Shown: positions 53,096 through 60,101 of the stretch, one piece after another
Position numbering within the stretch: position 1 is the stretch's first letter
How the letters are laid out: each line of letters starts with the position of its first letter
Assembly: GCA_048940445.1 (NCBI GenBank)
Contig: JBHLON010000021.1
Span: 1 to 60,101, forward strand
DNA from: Promethearchaeota archaeon
GTDB taxonomy: Archaea; Asgardarchaeota; Lokiarchaeia; Sigyniarchaeales; SOKP01
Reading direction: 5' to 3'
Length of the DNA stretch: 60,101 nt
The notes under the pieces: generated by a model
Database searches by the model: none
The model's input: the letters and a program-made list of their open reading frames with translations, nothing else
Told to the model about the DNA's origin: nothing
Translations under genes and position numbers: made by a program

Positions 53096-53575
53096 TTATT
53101 TCTCTCCCGTTTCTTCTTTTAAAAAGAAAAATTTTCTTCCACTATGAACATTAACAAAATGATTTTTATATTTTTCAATTTCTTCTTGAATCTCTTCTAA
53201 TTCTTGATTCTTTAACATGCTATTAAAAATATGTAAGGTTGAGAGATAAAGTTTAGGAACAAATGTATCAATTTGAGAAAGCTGATAGGCTAAATCAATA
53301 ATTGATGAATAATCAATTTTTAAATTGATTTCTCGATTTCTAATCTGCTCAATAATCTCTTTTTCTAACTTTCGCCTAGATACAGTACTCCATATTAATT
53401 CATAAACAAAATAATTTACAGCTTGCACTGCTTCAGTAAAAATCGCAACACCAGTAGCAATCGCTATACTCCTTGTGAAAATATAAACTGTTAAAGTTCC
53501 TAATAATAACGTAATGCCTCTATAAATTAAACTTTTTATTAAAGTAGTTTTCCATTCAACCTTTTGAAAGTTCAT
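53096..53575 (-). CDS. DUF2061-like membrane domain with helical C-terminal extension
   Basis: TLIKSLIYR...YFVYELIW. Confidence 0.7.
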   Translation of the reverse strand: MNFQKVEWKTTLIKSLIYRGITLLLGTLTVYIFTRSIAIATGVAIFTEAVQAVNYFVYELIWSTVSRRKLEKEIIEQIRNREINLKIDYSSIIDLAYQLSQIDTFVPKLYLSTLHIFNSMLKNQELEEIQEEIEKYKNHFVNVHSGRKFFFLKEETGEK

Positions 53576-53811
53576 AAATCTTACCTCTATGTTTTTGATG
53601 AATAAATAATTAAATCTATAAACGGAATTAATACTTTGAGTATATTAAGTGATTTTAAATCTAATTTACAAATTAAAAGAAAAAACAACTATAGGATAGA
53701 TACCCGTTTTTGTATATAAATATATAGAAAAACTGACTTGAAATTAAATGGTATCATAACATTTGGTAAAATATATTATCTTGTTATTATAAAAAAAAAA
53801 ATGATAATTAT

Positions 53812-53997
53812 CTATTTCAAAGCGTAATAACATCGTTTAGGTGAGTGGAGTTTCCCTTCGTCTTTTAACTCTTTAATTATTTTGGAAACTTCCTTAGAGT
53901 CTATTCCTAATTCGGATGCAATATCGCCTGGACGTAAAGGTTTTTGAGAACTTTTAAAAGCTTCAATTACATTTTCCTTAATTGTCATTATTATCAC
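53812..53997 (-). CDS. Small winged-helix protein
   Basis: PLRPGDIASELGIDSKEVSKIIKELKDEGKL.SPKRCYY. Confidence 0.85.
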   Translation of the reverse strand: MIIMTIKENVIEAFKSSQKPLRPGDIASELGIDSKEVSKIIKELKDEGKLHSPKRCYYALK

Positions 53998-54231
53998 AGA
54001 ATTCTAAATCTTAAGAATTCATGATTATATAATAAAATACTACATATGAATATTGCATATATAATCAGTTATACTGCTAATCTCCAATTATATCTCTTTC
54101 TTCGGAGTGTCTAATTGCATTTTTACTTATATAAATTTCTTTCTTTTTAATGAATATTTACTGGAAAATTAGATGAAAATCTATAATTGTGGATTAATTT
54201 CTAAATAAATACGTGATTTTTTTAATGTTCT

Positions 54232-55707
54232 CTAATAACTTTTTGCAATATATACTGTGCATCCAGCTGGCTTTCCACATATTATACACGTAGCAAATTC
54301 ATGTTTTTCTTCATCAACTCTTTTACCGCGTACAAACCCCTGAATCTCTTTTTCGACTATCTCAGCACATTTATATCCATCCATATCAATTGAGCAAAAA
54401 CCACAACATACAATTTTTCCATTATTAATCGCTTGAATAGCAGCATCTTTTTCATAAACACATTCAACTTGAGACTCAAAATCTATCAAAGATTTCTTCT
54501 TGATTTCGATTGTATAATTTTCAGAAATTTCCTTTACCTTAGATATTAAGTCTTTTTCTTTTAAAATAAATCTCTTATTGTCATGACGCCTTACAATTAT
54601 AACTTGTTTTTTCTCAATATCCTTTGGACCTATTTCTATTCTTATAGGGACTCCTTTTAATTCCCAATAATAATATTTATTTCCAACAGATTCATCAGAA
54701 TCATCGATTTTAACTACATATTCATCTTTTAATTTAGAATAAATCTCTTTAGCTTTTTTAATAACAATTTCCTCTTTCCCTTTATATATAATGGGAATTA
54801 TAATGATTTGAATTGGTGCTAGATCAAATGGCAATATTAAGCCTTTATCGTCACCTAAATAAGCAATCATAGCTCCGTAATTTCTACTCTGAGCAGGTCC
54901 ATAACAAGTCTGATATGCATATTTTTCTTCTCCATCACTATCGACAAATTTTACTTCAAAAGGTTTGGCAAAATTTTGACCTAACAAATGCGTTGAAGGT
55001 AGCTGTAAAACTTTTCCTGAACCCATTAAAGCGTCAGCGGCATATGTATGAACAGCTCCTGGGAACTTATCCCATTCAGGCCTCTGAAAAAATATAATAG
55101 GGATACAGCATTCATCTTGAAGAATTTCATATGTTGTTACCATATCTTCTTTGACTTGATTCATCGCATCCTCCATTGTGGCAAATACATTATGCGATTC
55201 AATCCAATGAAATTCTCTACCTCTAAAGAGAGGTCTTGTCATTTTCCCTTCATATCTCCATACTTGGCAAGATAAATATCTTTTGAATGGCAAATCTTTA
55301 TAACTACGTATCCATAAAGCATACATTTTATAGAGAGCAGTTTCACTTGTTGGGCGTAATGCTAAACGCTCTGTTAGCTTACCAGAACTCCCCGCTTCTG
55401 TAACCCAAAAAACCTCAGGCGAAAAACCCTTAACGTGTTGAGCTTCTAATAAGAAGTTTGATTCGGGAATAAGGGAAGGCATAGTCAATGGGAGATGACC
55501 TTTTTTATCTAACAAATCCTCTGTTTTATGATACATTTTTCGAATTGTGATTGTCGCCCATTCTCTATAAACAACAAAACCTTTAATATTATATCTAATA
55601 TCTACTAATTCCGCTTTATTAATTAATTCGGTATACCATCCAGAAAAGTCCTTATCTTTAGCTATAGTTATTCCAGTTAAAGGAGCTTCATCTTTCTTTT
55701 TAGCCAT
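54232..55707 (-). CDS. proS: Proline--tRNA ligase (archaeal/eukaryotic type)
   Basis: FS.WY, RPTSET, RYE..TRPL.R.REF.W.E.H, H.LGQNFAK, WELKGVP.R.EIG, C-terminal Zn site, AKSY. Confidence 0.97.
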   Translation of the reverse strand: MAKKKDEAPLTGITIAKDKDFSGWYTELINKAELVDIRYNIKGFVVYREWATITIRKMYHKTEDLLDKKGHLPLTMPSLIPESNFLLEAQHVKGFSPEVFWVTEAGSSGKLTERLALRPTSETALYKMYALWIRSYKDLPFKRYLSCQVWRYEGKMTRPLFRGREFHWIESHNVFATMEDAMNQVKEDMVTTYEILQDECCIPIIFFQRPEWDKFPGAVHTYAADALMGSGKVLQLPSTHLLGQNFAKPFEVKFVDSDGEEKYAYQTCYGPAQSRNYGAMIAYLGDDKGLILPFDLAPIQIIIIPIIYKGKEEIVIKKAKEIYSKLKDEYVVKIDDSDESVGNKYYYWELKGVPIRIEIGPKDIEKKQVIIVRRHDNKRFILKEKDLISKVKEISENYTIEIKKKSLIDFESQVECVYEKDAAIQAINNGKIVCCGFCSIDMDGYKCAEIVEKEIQGFVRGKRVDEEKHEFATCIICGKPAGCTVYIAKSY

Positions 55708-55803
55708 AGTTTATTTAAAGAAGTCATGAAATTTTAAATATTTTATGAATAACAATACTAAAAATAGGAGTTTTGTCCTTAAAATGAGGATTTTAAGAGG
55801 ATA

Positions 55804-56541
55804 TTAATTATCAGGCAATAATTTAGCATTAGTTAGAATTGAACCTGCTCGAATAATAACCTTGAACTCTTTTGATTCTAAATAGTCTTTAATCGCCATT
55901 TCGACGTCTTCTAACTGATCATCTTCGATTCCCTTTGAATAGGTAATAACTGATTCTACGCTATCTAACAGAATTTTGTGACTTTTTTGAGGTTTAATAA
56001 TTGAGATGAATTTTGCGCCAGACATATATCCTATCTTTCTTATTTCTTGTTCTAATGGACCAATCGCAAAATATTCTCTCTCTTTTCTTTGAATTTTCTC
56101 AGCTAATATTTTTTCTAAATCATTCCTTGTTTTCTTATCATAGAATGCAGTTAATTCTTGTGCTGAAATATTTGCAAACTTTCCCGAAATCAACTTTTCC
56201 TTCTCTTCTATAAATTTGATTACAACATCATAATACTTTTCATCCATTTTTTGAAATTGTTCAACATTCTTAACAAAATCTGTTAAAATATCAATTAATT
56301 CATAATAAAACTTTAATGAAGCTTTAATCTTTAACTTATCATCTAATTCTTTTATTTCAGGGTAATATTGCTTCAAAATCTTGTTGATCCTCCGATTACA
56401 TTGAGCGCATAACTTGGCGATATCATCGACACAACTAATAGACTTTTTATGAAACTGTGTAAGTATTGCTTTATCTACTTCAATTAAATCTTCAAAAATT
56501 TCAGCAATCTTAGCTTTATATTTTTTTTCAATATAAGCCAT
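55804..56541 (-). CDS. Hypothetical protein (helical N-terminal domain)
   Basis: 245-aa ORF co-oriented between plsY fusion and proS. Confidence 0.65.
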   Translation of the reverse strand: MAYIEKKYKAKIAEIFEDLIEVDKAILTQFHKKSISCVDDIAKLCAQCNRRINKILKQYYPEIKELDDKLKIKASLKFYYELIDILTDFVKNVEQFQKMDEKYYDVVIKFIEEKEKLISGKFANISAQELTAFYDKKTRNDLEKILAEKIQRKEREYFAIGPLEQEIRKIGYMSGAKFISIIKPQKSHKILLDSVESVITYSKGIEDDQLEDVEMAIKDYLESKEFKVIIRAGSILTNAKLLPDN

Positions 56542-56606
56542 TCTAAAAAATAGATAAACTGAGAATTTAAAACATTATCTTTTTATTAATAGAATTTATG
56601 GAATTA

Positions 56607-57815
56607 TTACTTGAGCCCAAAAAAGGTCCCAACAGTCATAATTGTACCACTTACAAGAGAAACTGTGAAATTATCATTGATCTGGAATGAAAATAGTTCG
56701 ATTAATGGTGCTGAAATTCCTCCAATTATTAAAACTACTAAAGGGATACCCAAAGTTGTATATAAAAAGAATCCACAAATTAATACTGCTCCATAATATG
56801 CAAGAGTCCCCTCAAGTGTTTTTTCAAAGATTTTGTGTCTTCCAAATGCTAAACCAAAAACTTTTGAGAAAATATCACCAAAAATCAAGAAAGTTAAAGC
56901 AGTGATTGCTATAGAAGATTCAAAAAGAAGGAAAGTTATAAATGCCGCCACTAGAAATAATGTCATCGACGAAAATTTTCTTTCTTCCCCTTTCCTAAAC
57001 ATAGCTTTTACTTTAGTTGTTAAAACTAAATTTGTTTGCTTATGGAGAAATCTAGTGATATCCAAAACAATAAAACATAGTCCTATAATTCCTATTATCG
57101 TAAGTGCTACTGATTTGTCAAAAAATACGTAAAATAAGATAAATAACGCTGCTAATGGTCTTGTTGCCGTTCTCCACCAATGAAGCTTGAAATTTTCATC
57201 TTCAATAACCATTTTTTTTTTAGTGATAGTATTATAAATACCGATTGATACAATATAAGCTAATATGATGGTCAAGTAAATCGTATATCGAGCTTCTGGG
57301 TAATATATAAAAAGCGCATAAGCAAGCACAGGAATTACCATAATACCTATAATTTCTCCAACTTTCGTGATATATCCAAAAATTGCAACAATAATTAACA
57401 GAAATAACAAGATAAAGAGAATTTCGGTGCTATAAACAAAATAATTAACGAGATAGTATAATAAAATTCCTGTAGAGGTTGCCATTCCTTGCCCTCCTTT
57501 AAATCTTAAATAAAAGGGAAAAATATGTCCAACAATGGCTGCAAGTCCGCTAATCTGTATAAATATATAATCTGCTCCAAGAAGAAATGCGATATACATA
57601 GATAACAATCCTTTAAGAGTATCATAAAAGGCAGTTGGAACAGCATAAGCAATTCCTAAAGTTTTATATACATTCGAAGTTCCTGCATTTTTCGTACCAA
57701 CCTCTCGTATATCTAACTTCTTAAGACGCCCAAAAATATATCCTGGATTTATTGTACCGATTATGTATCCAATAACCACACCAAGTACATTCACTAAAAC
57801 AGTAATAGCATCCAA
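56607..57815 (-). CDS. plsY: Glycerol-3-phosphate acyltransferase PlsY fused to a dolichol/phytol/DGK1-like kinase domain
   Basis: PlsY motifs GYIIG, DIR..G..NAGTSN, D.LKG, GH.FP....F.GG.G.AT; C-terminal GD....FG..FG, KTLEG, DN. Confidence 0.85.
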   Translation of the reverse strand: MDAITVLVNVLGVVIGYIIGTINPGYIFGRLKKLDIREVGTKNAGTSNVYKTLGIAYAVPTAFYDTLKGLLSMYIAFLLGADYIFIQISGLAAIVGHIFPFYLRFKGGQGMATSTGILLYYLVNYFVYSTEILFILLFLLIIVAIFGYITKVGEIIGIMVIPVLAYALFIYYPEARYTIYLTIILAYIVSIGIYNTITKKKMVIEDENFKLHWWRTATRPLAALFILFYVFFDKSVALTIIGIIGLCFIVLDITRFLHKQTNLVLTTKVKAMFRKGEERKFSSMTLFLVAAFITFLLFESSIAITALTFLIFGDIFSKVFGLAFGRHKIFEKTLEGTLAYYGAVLICGFFLYTTLGIPLVVLIIGGISAPLIELFSFQINDNFTVSLVSGTIMTVGTFFGLK

Positions 57816-58032
57816 CTGATCCTCACCGAAATAGATAGTAATCTATTATTTATAAATATGTTTTAGGCATACATTGGGCATTTCATTAATAAAACAATAA
57901 GATTAACCGCAATTTATAATCCTATTTAATTTAAGTATGAGGCTCATGGAAAAATAAAAATATTAGAAAAAGAAAAATAAAAAAATCTTACAACTAACTC
58001 AGATTTAAATAATCTTAGAAAGATTAACCGAT

Positions 58033-58971
58033 CTATCCGAGTTTACTTTTTATTTGTTTAGATCTACTCCTTAGGGTGACTTCGGTGACTTTCGCTATCT
58101 CTGAGACTTCTGCTTGAGTTTTTCGGCAATTACTTTGCTTTGCAGCCATGTAAATTACACTTGCAGCTAATCCTTTTGGATCTTTTCCGGTACGCAATAA
58201 TCCATTCTTAGAAGCTTGAGCAAGCATATTAATTGCTTTTTTCTGTACTTCCATAGGTAATCCCAAATCATTACCAAATCGAAATACCAGCTGTTCTGCT
58301 GTAATGGGCTTATATCTTAGATTTAATTCAGGTAAAACTTCTTTTACAACCATTCCTAAGCTTCTATGGACTGTTCTTCTGGGGGTCATGGACGCATCGC
58401 ATACTTCTTCTAATAATCGTGGAAATTCATGTACTCTTATAGCAGCATATAGAGAAGCTGCAATAAAACCATCAATTGATCTCCCCATTGTCAACTTCTT
58501 TTTAGCTACAACAGAATAAATCTTCCATGCAGTTTCTTTAATGTACTCAGGGATATTCATTTTAGAAGTTAACATCTTTAATTTCGGTTTTGCCTCCCAG
58601 AAATTGCGCTCAATGCTTGAAATCAGTGAATTCTGAATCTTGGATAATCTAGAAAACAATGTCTTTCCTTTTGCATTAATTAATCGTCCTTTTGAATCTA
58701 TTTTGGTGTTGGGTAACATAGTTCTTGGTCCAAATTCTCTCCATCTTGGTTCAGTCCTTCTCCTTTTGTTAACCTCTTCTACGGTATATGCTCTTCTTTC
58801 ATTTCCAACTAGATTTCGACTCTGAATCATTCCGCAGTTTAAACAAACAATATCGCCATCTCTTGACTCAATACATGGATTATCGCAACACTGCTCACTA
58901 CAACTAGTCTCATCTGAACTTGATCGTCCCGAATAGTTCCGGAGTCTGTCTTTGTAACTCATGTTCTTCAC
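58033..58971 (-). CDS. tfb: Transcription initiation factor IIB
   Basis: Zn ribbon VCLNCG, E.RAY, two cyclin folds (GRS, GKDP.GLAA, VTEVTLR.R). Confidence 0.95.
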   Translation of the reverse strand: MKNMSYKDRLRNYSGRSSSDETSCSEQCCDNPCIESRDGDIVCLNCGMIQSRNLVGNERRAYTVEEVNKRRRTEPRWREFGPRTMLPNTKIDSKGRLINAKGKTLFSRLSKIQNSLISSIERNFWEAKPKLKMLTSKMNIPEYIKETAWKIYSVVAKKKLTMGRSIDGFIAASLYAAIRVHEFPRLLEEVCDASMTPRRTVHRSLGMVVKEVLPELNLRYKPITAEQLVFRFGNDLGLPMEVQKKAINMLAQASKNGLLRTGKDPKGLAASVIYMAAKQSNCRKTQAEVSEIAKVTEVTLRSRSKQIKSKLG

Positions 58972-59322
58972 TTTTTTGTATTAATTCTAGTATTGTATCT
59001 AAATACAGATAATAAAATTTAACTCTTTTAAATTATAAATTATAAGATCTCTTATTGATACCTTATAATTTAAATCTATCCAATGAGTTAGTAAGTAACT
59101 CGAATATATAAAAATGTTATCCAAAATTATAGTATTCTGTGGGGCAACATACCCATCTACAATGATGAATTAAAAAAAATAAGTTAAAAATATAAATATC
59201 TTAAAATAGAGTAATCCTTCAAAATTTTCTGGATTTATTCGTTAAAGCTTCATTAAAAGGTTCTTTTCGTCGTACAATTTTTACTTATAACTTTAATTAA
59301 ATGCACTAATACATTAATGAAT

Positions 59323-60101
59323 TTATTTGAATTTTGGAATAATCTGAGGTCCATTAGGTAATATTAATACTTTTGCATCTTTCCCATGTTTTAATAAAGA
59401 TACATGTAATGCATCCTCAATTGAATTTGCATATTTCAAACCAATATTTCCTAATTCTGTCTCTTTTAACGAGGACACGACATAGATTTCGGCTTTCATC
59501 ATGATTCGAGCTAATATTTGTATTTCCCATTGATCAGGAATTACAATTTCGTTATGTAATATTTTATTATATAGCTCACTAGGACTTTTGTTAGAAAAAA
59601 GAAATTCCTCGAACTTATCATGTCCCTTTCCAATTCCTTCGCTACATTCGTTTACAGAAATAATAGTCCCTCCTTCTTTAACAGCTATTTCTGCAATCGC
59701 CATACTTTTTACGGCTTGGTATAAATTGAGATCTAATGGATATCCTCCATTTCCGCATATTACAATATCAAACGGTTCACTAATTTCTTCAAAAATAAAT
59801 TTTAATTGATAATTGATAAGCTCTTTATGGACTTCTTCCAAATTTCCAGCTGCTACGTTAGAAATTTTATGCTTTTCATTGATGCAAACATTTATTATGA
59901 AATCCACTCCAACTAAATTAGCGATTTCAGTTGATGCTTTAGCCATTGGATTATTTTTATAAATTCCAAATCTTGAAAATGGAGAATCTATATTTCTAGC
60001 GGAGTGATTTGCTTGTATTGTATTTTTACCCGCAATTCCTGGTAGGATAGATTTGCTACCTCCAGAAAATCCAAAGAAGAAGTGTGGCTCCACATAACCA
60101 G
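59323..60101 (-). CDS. larA: Nickel-dependent lactate racemase family protein (C-terminal part; start outside window)
   Basis: EPHFF.GFSGG.KSILPG, NH, GYPLD.NLYQ.VK, EC.EG.G, DQW, P.G. Confidence 0.9.
   Translation of the reverse strand, partial: GYVEPHFFFGFSGGSKSILPGIAGKNTIQANHSARNIDSPFSRFGIYKNNPMAKASTEIANLVGVDFIINVCINEKHKISNVAAGNLEEVHKELINYQLKFIFEEISEPFDIVICGNGGYPLDLNLYQAVKSMAIAEIAVKEGGTIISVNECSEGIGKGHDKFEEFLFSNKSPSELYNKILHNEIVIPDQWEIQILARIMMKAEIYVVSSLKETELGNIGLKYANSIEDALHVSLLKHGKDAKVLILPNGPQIIPKFK

Noticed and set aside
59161-59230. C/D box sRNA (ATGATGA at 59162)
   Set aside because: No CTGA D box at a suitable distance

Overview
Strongly AT-rich archaeal chromosomal window, most likely from an Asgard archaeon of the Lokiarchaeia type. 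This is inferred from the archaeal information-processing genes together with eukaryotic-signature proteins: a Rab-like GTPase, two roadblock/LC7 proteins, a gelsolin-like protein and a probable Bro1-like protein. The window holds a rearranged core cluster (rpoE1, spt4, DUF359/dpcK, rps24e, rps27ae, kae1, bud32, rps28e, rpl7ae, rpoN, rpl24e, rps6e), plus proS, tfb, fae-hps, GH1 and GH3 glycosidases, four peptidase-family genes, two UroD/MtaA-family proteins and a 2396-aa beta-helix plus Ig-repeat surface protein. I found no tRNA, rRNA, CRISPR array or intact mobile element. The best leads are: (1) a gene pair with homologous ectodomains, one carrying an HFS motif before its membrane anchor and the other linked through a membrane helix to a double winged-helix DNA-binding domain; (2) a TrmB-like regulator split by a ~520-aa helical insert with an aromatic/basic motif at its midpoint, a possible DNA-to-membrane tether; (3) an HhH / Bro1-like / steadiness-box-like fusion; (4) core genes (rpoE1, spt4) with no usable canonical start that appear to initiate at ATT behind a Shine-Dalgarno site; (5) a PlsY-lipid kinase fusion. 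All family assignments come from motif recognition by eye, not from database searches.
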